In this document: piece by piece, positions 41,724 to 51,458 of the stretch
Layout of the letters: the number at the start of each line of letters is the position of its first letter
Position numbering within the stretch: the stretch's first letter is position 1
From: a virus
Taxonomy: Duplodnaviria; Caudoviricetes
Length of the DNA: 64,000 nucleotides
Reading direction: 5' to 3' (one strand)
Virus record (IMG/VR): IMGVR_UViG_3300014059_000970
Coordinates: 1 to 64,000 of that record
Position numbers and translations under genes: made by a program
The notes under the pieces: model-generated
What the model was told of the DNA's origin: nothing
Databases searched by the model: none
What the model saw: the letters and a program-made list of their open reading frames with translations, nothing else

Positions 41724-44700
41724 CTAAATTTGGTTAACAGACTCAACAATGAGGCTGTTCTTATCACTTCTTTTCCCGGTAATTAAAACACAATTACCTT
41801 CTTGTAAAATACATTCAAACTGTTCCCATGCGTCAGAAAACACAACTATAGCTTCACAAATTCCGCTATCGTCCGACGCCGTAATAAACGCCATTTCTTT
41901 TCCTGCGTTTGCGCCATTTTTAATTGTATTGGTTTTTATCCTATCAATTTGACATGCTATACTAATATAGCTATTTTGATTATTGAAACCATTATTAAAT
42001 TCTTGGCATGTGCAATTTGCCCTATATTTATTCTGGCTTTCATCTAAAAATGTTGCCGTTAAACAAATACCTAATAGGGCGTTTTCTAATTGTGCTACTT
42101 GGTGTGGCTTATCAAGAAGTTCATATGGTGGATTATGAATAGACTCTATTAGACCATTAATAACTGCCACCCTATTCTTATTAGAACAAGCGCCGTTTTT
42201 TCCAGATGGAGAAAGTAGCATTGCTTCTAATATACCTAGAAGGGTAGTCTTTTTATTTAGAATTATGTTGTTTTTTATCCAAAGTCTTTCCCTGTCAGTC
42301 ATTTCTGACCAGAGTTTGAACTCAAATACCATTTTAATTCTAGGAATCTTGAAACAGTCGCACGCACCAGAATTAATAAGGGATTCCATTGCCCTAGAAT
42401 CAATCTTTGGCATCTTATCTGGAGGTACTGCTTTTAGCAAAAATTCAAACCACTGAATGTCTGGATGAATAAACTGCCTTAATTTTTCAACAACGCTTTC
42501 TCCAACATGCTTAATATCACTTAACCCAAAATATATCTGTTTATCAATAAGGTCGAAATGTGAGTTTAACCTTAATATACTTGGTGGTTGAACAAATATA
42601 TCAAATGATTTAGCGTCGTTAACTAACTCATAGATTTCCTGTTGTGGCTTTGGCTTTTGCTTTGAGTAATACAAATAAGCGGTATAAAATTCCAATGGAA
42701 AATAAGTCTTTGCATAAGCAGACATAAAAGAGAATAGAGCATAACTCAAGCTGTGGGATTTATTAAACGAATAACGCTGTGATTTTTCAATCCAGCCGAA
42801 AATCTCTTCTCCAATCTCTTTACTTACAACCCCTTGCTTTTCAATACCTTCAATAAACTCAACTTTAACTTTAGCCATAAGGTCGGCCTTCTTTTTACCA
42901 ATAGCCTTACGCAAAGCATCGGCCTGCTTTAAGTCGAAACCGGCCAATAATTGGGCCAACTTCATAGCAGATTCTTGGTAAATCAAAAGACCATATGTTG
43001 CCTTAAGAACACTAATAGTAGAGTCGTGAACATAGGAAACTTCCTCACCTAAATTTTTTCTAATAATATAGTGTTCAGTAACGCTTTTACCATCTTCTAG
43101 TTTAGCTTCCAAACAACCGGGACGAAGCACAGCCATAAGTCCGCTTAAATGCTCCATACATTCTGGTTTTAAATCTTTAGACTTTCCTTGTCCAAGTCTT
43201 GAATCTAACTGAAAACAGCCTTTAGTCTTTCCTGTTGCAAATAAATCCCAAACGGCTTGGTCTTCTAAATCTAAAGTATTAAAGTCAGTGTTAAACGCTG
43301 GATTAAGCCTAGCTATCATAGCCATCTTATCTAGGAAATTTAGACCTAGAATATCCATCTTACACAAACCGATAGCTTCCATATAGTTCATAGTAAGACC
43401 GCCGATTGGTTTCTTGGTCTTGGCATCTAGAACCATTGGACATATTTTATCTAGCTTGTCTTTACTCACCACGACACCGGCAGCGTGCCTTGAAACATTG
43501 GCTTTTACACCTTCTAGGCTCATAGCTTCTCTAAATCTATCAGCATAAGGACCGGCCAATTCTCCATTCTCATCAAGATAGCACCATTCCTTAAACCTAT
43601 CAGCCCTATTTTCTAGACACCACCTTAAGATTGAAGAACTGCCTTCTTCCATTTCTTCCATTTCTTGGAGTTCGTCTGTAATCTTATGTTCTTCAATAAT
43701 ATTTGCAGTAATACGCTTAACCTCTTCGTGGGTCATTTCATTGTATGCACTAAATACTTGGCTAATAGCTTTCTTACCCTTTAGATTGCCAAATGTGATA
43801 ATTTGAGTAACTCTATCAGCGCCATACTTTTGCTTAATGTATTCTACAATTTCATCACGATGCTCAACCTCAAAGTCGCTATCAATATCTGGAAGGCTAC
43901 CAGAACGACCTTCGTTATAAAAGCGCTCAAACATTAAGTCATACTTAACGCTATCAACTTTAGTAATGCCTACTAGATATGATACTAGACATCCGGCGGC
44001 AGAGCCACGACCAACGCCAGTTAGCCATCCCTTTTGACGGCAATAGTCAATAATATCCCAAACGATTAAGAAGTAGCCGAATAGATTGTTACGCTTCAAA
44101 ACGTCTAGCTCATACTTAACCCTATCGGCATACTCTTGTTTTCTTTCTTCTGGAATCTTACCAACTATAAGCCTTTTCCATCCTTCTCTACAAAGCTGAG
44201 TAAAATACTCCTCTTCAGTCAATCCATTTGGACAAGGAAAATCTGGTAATTGTGGTGAAGATAGAATATGATAATCTTCTATTTGGGCCAGAATCTTATT
44301 GGTGTTTTCTAGTTCTTCTTGAGTATGGCCATATTGGACCATTTCCTCATAAGTTGGAATATGATAATTGTCTGAAATAAAGAATGTGCGAAGTTGAAAG
44401 TCGGGCTTCATGGCCTCTTTCATACTTACGCTCATATTACTACACAATAGAATTCGCTGTAATTGTGCATCAGAATGCCTGCAATAATGCGCGTCTGGTG
44501 TGGCGATACATGGAATTCCTGTAGTTTTAGATATTTCTCTTACGGCATTTGTTACAGTTATTTGGTCTGTATTATACTCTCGGTCCATTAACTGACATTC
44601 TAGCCAGAAATTACCCTTTCCAAATATCTTTTCTAAATACAGGGCGGTTTTGGTAGCAGACTCTATGCCAAACTTTTGAAAGCTATCTGATACATTACTG

Positions 44701-45128
44701 CCAAGGTGGCCAGAAAACCCTATAATATTTCCGTCTAGGAATTCTGCTAGTTGTTCTAGAGATAGACGTGGCTTACTATAGTAGTGATTTTCATCTTTAT
44801 TGCTAGCTTCAACTATTTTTAGAATTTGAGACCAGCCCGCGTCGTTCTTTGCAAGGATAACTAGGTGACTGCACTTCCTATTTTCATTTGTTTTAATAGA
44901 GGCGTTGTCATCTGATATGTATAGTTCAATACCTAGAATAGCTTTTAATCCCATTTCTTTCATGGATTGTAAAAAGGCTATACTATTACTTACATTTCCA
45001 TGGTCACTGATAGCGCATCCAAGACTTTCTATTTCTATAATTCTTTTTGCAATATCTTTGGTTTTGGAAAGTCCGTCCAATAACGAACAGTCGCTATGTA
45101 CATGTAATGGAGTATATGTTTTATTCAT
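41724..45128 (-). CDS. dnaE: DNA polymerase III alpha subunit (family C)
   Basis: PHP HVHSDCSLLDG, GRGSAAG, PDIDSDF, KMDILGL, YSFNKSHS, C-terminal OB fold. Confidence 0.97.
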   Translation of the reverse strand: MNKTYTPLHVHSDCSLLDGLSKTKDIAKRIIEIESLGCAISDHGNVSNSIAFLQSMKEMGLKAILGIELYISDDNASIKTNENRKCSHLVILAKNDAGWSQILKIVEASNKDENHYYSKPRLSLEQLAEFLDGNIIGFSGHLGSNVSDSFQKFGIESATKTALYLEKIFGKGNFWLECQLMDREYNTDQITVTNAVREISKTTGIPCIATPDAHYCRHSDAQLQRILLCSNMSVSMKEAMKPDFQLRTFFISDNYHIPTYEEMVQYGHTQEELENTNKILAQIEDYHILSSPQLPDFPCPNGLTEEEYFTQLCREGWKRLIVGKIPEERKQEYADRVKYELDVLKRNNLFGYFLIVWDIIDYCRQKGWLTGVGRGSAAGCLVSYLVGITKVDSVKYDLMFERFYNEGRSGSLPDIDSDFEVEHRDEIVEYIKQKYGADRVTQIITFGNLKGKKAISQVFSAYNEMTHEEVKRITANIIEEHKITDELQEMEEMEEGSSSILRWCLENRADRFKEWCYLDENGELAGPYADRFREAMSLEGVKANVSRHAAGVVVSKDKLDKICPMVLDAKTKKPIGGLTMNYMEAIGLCKMDILGLNFLDKMAMIARLNPAFNTDFNTLDLEDQAVWDLFATGKTKGCFQLDSRLGQGKSKDLKPECMEHLSGLMAVLRPGCLEAKLEDGKSVTEHYIIRKNLGEEVSYVHDSTISVLKATYGLLIYQESAMKLAQLLAGFDLKQADALRKAIGKKKADLMAKVKVEFIEGIEKQGVVSKEIGEEIFGWIEKSQRYSFNKSHSLSYALFSFMSAYAKTYFPLEFYTAYLYYSKQKPKPQQEIYELVNDAKSFDIFVQPPSILRLNSHFDLIDKQIYFGLSDIKHVGESVVEKLRQFIHPDIQWFEFLLKAVPPDKMPKIDSRAMESLINSGACDCFKIPRIKMVFEFKLWSEMTDRERLWIKNNIILNKKTTLLGILEAMLLSPSGKNGACSNKNRVAVINGLIESIHNPPYELLDKPHQVAQLENALLGICLTATFLDESQNKYRANCTCQEFNNGFNNQNSYISIACQIDRIKTNTIKNGANAGKEMAFITASDDSGICEAIVVFSDAWEQFECILQEGNCVLITGKRSDKNSLIVESVNQI

Positions 45129-45666
45129 TTAAATACTTAATTGCTTTTTCTAAATTGTGGATATTGTCTAAGAACATACCTAGGCCAGCATTACATTTAG
45201 AGCAAAGTAAGCCTCTCACTTTAAGTGTTGTATGACAATGGTCTAATACTAACTTATCTAACTCTCCACATATCGCACATTGATATTGTTGTTTTTCTAA
45301 TAAGGCTAAATATTCTTCTTTTGTTATATTATATTTTTGTCTTATTACATTTATATATCTTTGGTCTGGATTTTTATCTCTATATTGTTTTTCAGCTTTT
45401 TTATCGCATTGTTTACATCTGTTTCTAAGTCCATCTTTACTTCTAAGTCTTTTAGAATATTCTTTAATTTCTTTTTCTAACTTACAAAATGAACATATCT
45501 TCGTTCCAGTCGTAATTATTCCTGGATGTTTAGCTATTCTCTCTCTATCATATTTTAGCTCACAACTTTTGCATCTAGTATCTAGACCATCGGCATAAAC
45601 TTTTCTAGAATTAAATTCTGATAGAGGTTTTCTATCTCTACAAACTCTACAACTTTTAGTGTCCAT
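45121..45666 (-). mobile_element. Endonuclease VII-family (HNH) homing endonuclease-like protein
   Basis: QQYQCAIC..LVLDHCHTTLKVRGLLCSKCNAGLG; two N-terminal Zn-finger repeats. Confidence 0.85.
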
Positions 45667-45692
45667 TCTATAATTTTACTGAATAATCGTAT

Positions 45693-46016
45693 CTATTGGT
45701 CTGTGAAAACTTCATAACTTTCTTCAAATCGGCAGTTTTGGTCAGTGCAAATAGTTTTTGTAACTAGTCTATAGGTAATAGTAACTTCGTCGCCCTCTTT
45801 ATACGACCCTTCCGGTACAAGTACCTCTACTATCTTGCCGTTTTTAAATGTATTAAGAACCGCCTGTGGTGGAGCGTTTGGTAGTCCTTCTGGAACAACA
45901 ATAGCCCAAACCTTGAATCTATCTGTCTGCCATTCTCCATATTCAACTTTAGTTTTAGGTCCACTAGAGCATCCTAATAAGAATGTCGTTAACAATGTCA
46001 TTATATATTTATTCAT
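45693..46016 (-). CDS. Putative lipoprotein
   Basis: Signal peptide MNKYIMTLLTTFLLG-C with lipobox. Confidence 0.6.
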   Translation of the reverse strand: MNKYIMTLLTTFLLGCSSGPKTKVEYGEWQTDRFKVWAIVVPEGLPNAPPQAVLNTFKNGKIVEVLVPEGSYKEGDEVTITYRLVTKTICTDQNCRFEESYEVFTDQ

Positions 46017-47056
46017 TCTACCTCTCCTGGTGGTTTGTATCGACCAATTTTATATCCTTCCTTACTCATATGCTCCATAATTACATCTATATCTCTAAAG
46101 TCAAGAATATAGTTGGTTTGTTCGCACATTGTCATATATTCGCCCTTCTTACTAAAGTGGCACTTGGTCTGACCCTGATTTACTATTGGTTTAATGTTAG
46201 TTCCTTCAAATGACTGTTTAGCATAAGAACAGAACTTACACGGCGACTTAAAATCCTTTGGATGAAATCGGCCCTGCATCTTTGGCCTATCCAAGTATTT
46301 AATCTTTTCATATACTTCCCTAATCTGTCTTTTAGTCTCTGGTAGGTCGTCTCTACTAAATGGAATAGTAAAAGGCCCGCCATCGTTCATAAAGTAAATA
46401 GTGACAAATATATCATCAATGTCTGGATATAGGATTGAGGCGGCTAAATGGTATAGGCGTAATTGGAAGTCGTTTTGTAAATACTCGTATGTCTTTTCTT
46501 CACGAGTTGCCCAGTTAATCCTTTTGCCCGTCTTATAGTCTACAATCTCGTATGTAGATTCGTCATTCTTGATTAGAAGGTCGATGGTTCCATTTAGAAT
46601 TAATTCCCTAGCCCAGTCGTCTTCTAGCTGAATACTAAAATGACGTTCTGGCTCGACGATAGTTTGGTTGAAAGGGTCAAACTTGCCGTTGTAATCTTTA
46701 ATGGCGGTGTTAACCCATTTTATTACTATTTTATGGTCTGAATCGTCCCAGACTTGATGTGAAAACGCTTTTGCGTAATAATTAAATATAGCGTCAATAA
46801 TGAAGTCGAGGTCGAAATTCTTTGGAGAAGTCGAGTATTTTCCTACAATCTCATCGTCAATCTTACGCTTGTTCTGTTGTCTAGCTAACTTAATCTTTGC
46901 AAGCACTTCCATTATTTTGTGGACGATGGTGCCCAAATCTGTGCGTTTGTTTGATTGTTCAGGATGGCCAAGTCCATAGCTGAGTAGGAATTTTAACTCA
47001 CAGATGTCGAGCGTCCCCGCCATTGAACTTCTTAAATAAGTAATAGGTATTCCCAT
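46013..47056 (-). CDS. PD-(D/E)XK nuclease (AddB/Cas4-like exonuclease)
   Basis: GTIVHKIME, E, GTIDLL, EIVDYKTG, QLRLY; N-terminal Cys plus C-terminal CxxC...C. Confidence 0.85.
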   Translation of the reverse strand: MGIPITYLRSSMAGTLDICELKFLLSYGLGHPEQSNKRTDLGTIVHKIMEVLAKIKLARQQNKRKIDDEIVGKYSTSPKNFDLDFIIDAIFNYYAKAFSHQVWDDSDHKIVIKWVNTAIKDYNGKFDPFNQTIVEPERHFSIQLEDDWARELILNGTIDLLIKNDESTYEIVDYKTGKRINWATREEKTYEYLQNDFQLRLYHLAASILYPDIDDIFVTIYFMNDGGPFTIPFSRDDLPETKRQIREVYEKIKYLDRPKMQGRFHPKDFKSPCKFCSYAKQSFEGTNIKPIVNQGQTKCHFSKKGEYMTMCEQTNYILDFRDIDVIMEHMSKEGYKIGRYKPPGEVE

Positions 47057-47596
47057 TTATTTCCTTATATTGTTTGAAACTTTACAGCACCAATCTATGA
47101 ATTCTTCTTGAGATAATTTCCACTTGATGCAGTTTATTGTTTTATGAACCCATTGAACGTTTCCCTCAATATATCCTTTGTTGGAATCTATTCTGTCTAA
47201 TGAGCCAGTTTGTACTTTTCGTCCTTCGATACTTAATGATGTAGGAAATATTAAAATAACTCCACTTAAAGCACATTTATATTCTTGTTTTTCTAGTATT
47301 TCTTGTAAATACTCTATCGAGACACTAAATTCCATATCTCTGGTTTTTGCGCCGTGCTGTAAAATACAGAAATAAGAACCACTTACATCTTTATGTCCTT
47401 TTCTTAATTTTAAATTATTCCTGCCGGTTCTATTATTGTTTGGTTTTATACTATATTTTTGTAGTATTCTCCTGACGGTTGTATGTGATTTTGCGCCAAT
47501 AATAACAGATATTTCTCTTGAAGATTTCTTGTCTTCAACATACATTCTAACTATTTCTTCATCTGTTTCTGAATATACTTTATTCATATCTCCCAC
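47057..47596 (-). mobile_element. HNH-type homing endonuclease-like protein
   Basis: KQEYKCALSG...SLDRIDSNKGYIEGNVQWVHKTIN; paralog of 38127 and 59211 ORFs. Confidence 0.75.
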
Positions 47597-48465
47597 CCTT
47601 GGGTTTTTAGAAATTCGTAAACTTTTGCATTTTGTTCTTGTATTGTCATGTCTGTATTATCAATTACTAAATTATAGTTATCAAGAGGGTAGTTATCTAA
47701 CGCTGTTTCGCTCTCGTGTTGGTCTTTGCCCTTATTAATATCCCTCAATAATCTACAAGTTATTCCATGTGCTGAAACGCCTTCTACTTCATTAATAAAT
47801 CGCGTATCTCTTATAATTGCATATTTTGGAGCGTCTTGTTTTATTTGATTCATTGTTGCGTTAACATGGGCGTTGCCATACATCTTACGCATAATCTCTG
47901 TGCCAACAAATTGAAGAACTTCTCTGGCAGTCATAAAGCCGGCGGCGCGATATTGAAGATTAATTCTAGATAACATCTCCTGCGTTACTTTTATGTTTCT
48001 CCATTCATGTTTACTATCTTCTTGAAAATCTTCATCTGATAAGGACCAATCACACAACATGTTTCCACTCTCTTGATATAGAGTTTCTTTAGTGATAATT
48101 CCAGGCATATCTTCCCACTTTAAATGAGTAAGACTATTCTTTTGTTCATCAGTCCCATAACACTGTTCATATGTAAGACCTAACATCTTAATACAGATTT
48201 CTTTCTTAAGGCAATCGGCAAAACTATATAACTTAATATGTTTGTCTAGATACTCTTCTTTAAAGCCCGACATATATGTACTATTAGAATCGTAGTCTAC
48301 AATTCCTTCGGTGCAATTATGCCACCAGACATATAACTTTCCTTGTGGTGTTATTTTAAATTCTCTAACATAATTTAGCTTCTTCATTACGGACCCCAAT
48401 ATATAATTGGCTGCCGTATCCTTACCTGATTGCTTCTTTCCTGAAATTCCTAAAATCTTTGTCAT
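47584..48465 (-). CDS. Deoxynucleoside monophosphate kinase
   Basis: GISGKKQSGKDT, SFADCLK, REVLQFVGTE, DTRFINE, HESE. Confidence 0.85.
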   Translation of the reverse strand: MTKILGISGKKQSGKDTAANYILGSVMKKLNYVREFKITPQGKLYVWWHNCTEGIVDYDSNSTYMSGFKEEYLDKHIKLYSFADCLKKEICIKMLGLTYEQCYGTDEQKNSLTHLKWEDMPGIITKETLYQESGNMLCDWSLSDEDFQEDSKHEWRNIKVTQEMLSRINLQYRAAGFMTAREVLQFVGTEIMRKMYGNAHVNATMNQIKQDAPKYAIIRDTRFINEVEGVSAHGITCRLLRDINKGKDQHESETALDNYPLDNYNLVIDNTDMTIQEQNAKVYEFLKTQGWEI

Positions 48466-49505
48466 AATTTGTCTACATAGGGTCCAATGATTTTCTTGAC
48501 TGTTTCTATATTACATTTCCCAATGTCGTCTTCATAGCTTGGTGAAATGGTTATAATGTTATGTGTATATTGACAATGTTCCTGAACATGCTTTACTAAT
48601 ATTTGTCCCGGCTGACCAGCATCAGGAACTACTATAATTGTTTGTGCTAACGATGAATCTAAAACTGACTTCTGTGCATCACTAAACTTTGAGCCAAAAG
48701 TGCCAACTGTCATAGGAAAGCCGGCTTCGTGTAATCTCCAAGTATTAGCACTACTTTCTGTTATAATTATAAGGCCGGTATCGTCAATAACTTTCTTTGC
48801 ATTGTAGAAATTATATAGGGCGTTATATGACGGAAAATTGTCCGAGTTCTTCCATTTTGGAAAAGTCCTACAAATTCCTTCGGGGTTATGAAACTCCTTA
48901 CAGTGTGGACATTTTTCATGAACGCTTCTACCCAAACACGCAATAATATAGCCGTCTTCATCAATCTGCGGTACAACAATCCTGTCATAAAACGGCTTAG
49001 TCTTATTATCGCAGTAGCCGACCTTAAACTCACTTAAAGTTTTCTCTTTGTACTGTCTATCTATGAAATATTTTGGAGGCTTCAGTTTGGAAAGAAATTC
49101 TTCTGGAGACAGGCGAAACGAATACGATGCTGGTATTGCGGACCTATTAATAAAATTGGTCAACTTATTATCAAAACTATTATCTGGTGCTTGATATTTT
49201 GCCCCAAAGAAAGATTCAACCCAAACTATAGCCTCTTGCCTAGAAACTTTCCTATTGCCCCTAATTGATAGAATCGCACTAATAAATCCTATTATGCTTC
49301 CGCCATATTCCTCTTGGCAGTTTCCTGTAAAACATTTCCAGTTACCTGGGCTAGTATGTCCATCTTTATATATTGTTAACGAACTCTTATTATCGCCATC
49401 ATGGATTGGACATTTCCCACGAAAGCACTTTGAACTTTCCCATAGTTCTAGACCAAAATGCCTATTAATTTTGTCAAAATTTTGAACTATGTCTTCTAAA
49501 ATCAT
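48462..49505 (-). CDS. dnaG: DnaG-like primase (CHC2 zinc finger + atypical TOPRIM)
   Basis: CPIHDGD...WKCFTGNC, DRIVVP..D..G.II...GR, KWKNS, LYN; TOPRIM acidic motifs altered. Confidence 0.8.
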   Translation of the reverse strand: MILEDIVQNFDKINRHFGLELWESSKCFRGKCPIHDGDNKSSLTIYKDGHTSPGNWKCFTGNCQEEYGGSIIGFISAILSIRGNRKVSRQEAIVWVESFFGAKYQAPDNSFDNKLTNFINRSAIPASYSFRLSPEEFLSKLKPPKYFIDRQYKEKTLSEFKVGYCDNKTKPFYDRIVVPQIDEDGYIIACLGRSVHEKCPHCKEFHNPEGICRTFPKWKNSDNFPSYNALYNFYNAKKVIDDTGLIIITESSANTWRLHEAGFPMTVGTFGSKFSDAQKSVLDSSLAQTIIVVPDAGQPGQILVKHVQEHCQYTHNIITISPSYEDDIGKCNIETVKKIIGPYVDKL

Positions 49506-49762
49506 TTAGCGTTCCAAAACTGGCCAACCTTACGAATTAGACTAGTTTCGGCTCCCTTAAAATCCGTACCACACTCTAATGAATATGTGTCTTGAGATAT
49601 TGTAGCCACGACCCTATCTTCTGCCATAGCATAAATTACAATAAATCCACATTCCTGTAATTTTTCGTAAGCTCTGAGTTGGACCTGTTCTAGCCCATAG
49701 CCGGCCTCTTTAATACTATCAACTAAAATCTGCGCCGCTCTATTAATTAGATGTGTTTTCAT
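49502..49762 (-). CDS. Hypothetical protein
   Basis: Coupled ORF with GGAG RBS. Confidence 0.5.
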   Translation of the reverse strand: MKTHLINRAAQILVDSIKEAGYGLEQVQLRAYEKLQECGFIVIYAMAEDRVVATISQDTYSLECGTDFKGAETSLIRKVGQFWNAK

Positions 49763-50526
49763 AAATTTTCTCCTAATAAATCGTAAATGTTGCCAGACTT
49801 GTCTAATTTAGACAGTTTTAAAATTCCGGTTCGTGGTCTTTTGTCTTGCTCTCTTTGGTCTTTTAAATTTTGTTCTTTATTTACTTTAATAGTATCTAAT
49901 AGCGTTTTATCAAAAATATAAGTTTCATATTTTTGATTATATACATCTACTTTTAGTAGATAGATATCTCTAGAAGAATAATCTTTCGGAGAAAAAGAAG
50001 AAAGGTCTTGATTTTCCATAGTTGTGCTTTTTACTTCTATAATTTCTCCATTTAACACAAGGTCGCCAACTGGCGATTCTTTTGCCGAGTATACTATAGC
50101 CACTAACCCTTGAGATAATGTTGCATTCATTCCGCTACGACAAGGAACCCCTAACTCTGTTTGAGTAATATAGTTGTCTCTAAAAGAATTCCATAATCTT
50201 AATATTGATTTTTTATTAGTATAATCAAATTCATATGGTAGTTCAGAAAGAACGGTTCCGTCTTTAATCATATCTTTCCAATATTTGTCTATCGTTGAAG
50301 CGGATATTTTTGGATTTGTTTTTTCACTTATTTGTTTACACGAACAGTTATCTCCAATCATTTCTTTTGTTTCAAGTATCTGCTTTCGTATTTGTTGTGG
50401 TGTTCTATTTTTTCTCTTTGGTGGTTGTTTTTTTATCTTTTTTCTAACCACTTCTTTAACCGGAGAATATTCTATATTTCCGTTTAAAATACCAATTAAT
50501 AGTGTCTTATTTTCTTCTTGTATCAA
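49759..50526 (-). CDS. Bsp6I-family type II restriction endonuclease-like protein with N-terminal HTH-like extension
   Basis: D...EVKST...DLSSFSPK and KVNKEQNLKDQREQDKRPR resemble the Bsp6I family as I recall it; adjacent to a C5 MTase. Confidence 0.6.
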   Translation of the reverse strand: MIQEENKTLLIGILNGNIEYSPVKEVVRKKIKKQPPKRKNRTPQQIRKQILETKEMIGDNCSCKQISEKTNPKISASTIDKYWKDMIKDGTVLSELPYEFDYTNKKSILRLWNSFRDNYITQTELGVPCRSGMNATLSQGLVAIVYSAKESPVGDLVLNGEIIEVKSTTMENQDLSSFSPKDYSSRDIYLLKVDVYNQKYETYIFDKTLLDTIKVNKEQNLKDQREQDKRPRTGILKLSKLDKSGNIYDLLGENL

Positions 50527-50536
50527 AATTGGTTCC

Positions 50537-51448
50537 TTATATTAAATTTTTAACTATTCTAGAAACAAGTATTGGAGATACCGAATTTCCAGCTTGTTTA
50601 TACAAATGTGTATTGCTTACTACTTCTTTAAAGTTTGAAGTAAAACCTTGTAGATTTAAACACTCCCTAGGTATTAATTTTCTTATACCAAAAGAATCCC
50701 GTATTAGTGGAACGTTATGTCCTCCTCCGCCCATATTAGCGGTTAGTGTTGGACATAATCCGTTAGCGTTTCGTCTTACATATATTCTTCTTAGTTGATA
50801 TACTGAATCGTCTTTAATATCTGAATCTAATAGATTATAGTATTGTGAATTTGAATTATAATAATATTTATCGTCTTGTTTTCTTAAATCTAGACAATCT
50901 TTAACTGTCTTTGTTAGAGGTATTTCTGTAGGAAATGTAAATTCTTGTTTTATATCTTTTCTAATTCCTACGAAAAACAATCTTTCTCTACATTGTGGTA
51001 TATTTGCATGAGTATGTAATCCAAGAACCTCTGTGTGTACTTTATACCCAGAAGAATCTAATAATTTGTTAATATACTTAAAGTCTTCACCATTATTTGT
51101 TTTTAGTATATTTTTAACATTTTCTAGAATAAAGTATTTTGGTTGCGATTCTTTTAGGATTCTCGCAATATGTTCTATAATCGTTCCACGACTATCTTTT
51201 AGACCTAATTGGTTTCCTGCAAGACTAAATGGTTGACAAGGAAATCCAGCGCAAAAAACATCATGGCTTGGCAAATTACTAACTAATGTTATATCTGTAA
51301 ACATATTACTATTTGCAAAATTTGCTTCATATGATTTTCTGGCGTTTTCATCAATTTCTATTACTGCTACACATTCTGTTTTTGGTTCAATATCGCAAAA
51401 TCCAAAATGGAACCCGCCAATACCGGCGCAAGCATCAACTATTTTCAT
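50537..51448 (-). CDS. DNA cytosine-C5 methyltransferase (Bsp6I-like TRD, predicted GCNGC)
   Basis: AGIGG, GFPCQPFS, ENVKN, PQCRER, KQAGNSV; TRD YQLRRIYVR...CPTLTANMG.GGHNVP. Confidence 0.9.
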   Translation of the reverse strand: MKIVDACAGIGGFHFGFCDIEPKTECVAVIEIDENARKSYEANFANSNMFTDITLVSNLPSHDVFCAGFPCQPFSLAGNQLGLKDSRGTIIEHIARILKESQPKYFILENVKNILKTNNGEDFKYINKLLDSSGYKVHTEVLGLHTHANIPQCRERLFFVGIRKDIKQEFTFPTEIPLTKTVKDCLDLRKQDDKYYYNSNSQYYNLLDSDIKDDSVYQLRRIYVRRNANGLCPTLTANMGGGGHNVPLIRDSFGIRKLIPRECLNLQGFTSNFKEVVSNTHLYKQAGNSVSPILVSRIVKNLI

Positions 51449-51458
51449 TCATACCTTT

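Noticed and set aside
41724-45128. Intein or intron in dnaE (also dnaB and RNR)
   Set aside because: Motifs are contiguous and lengths are normal; no splice-junction residues are evident; neighbouring endonucleases are separate ORFs.
46013-47056. CRISPR-Cas system suggested by the Cas4-like nuclease
   Set aside because: No repeat-spacer array or other cas genes; solo nucleases of this type are common in phage replication modules.
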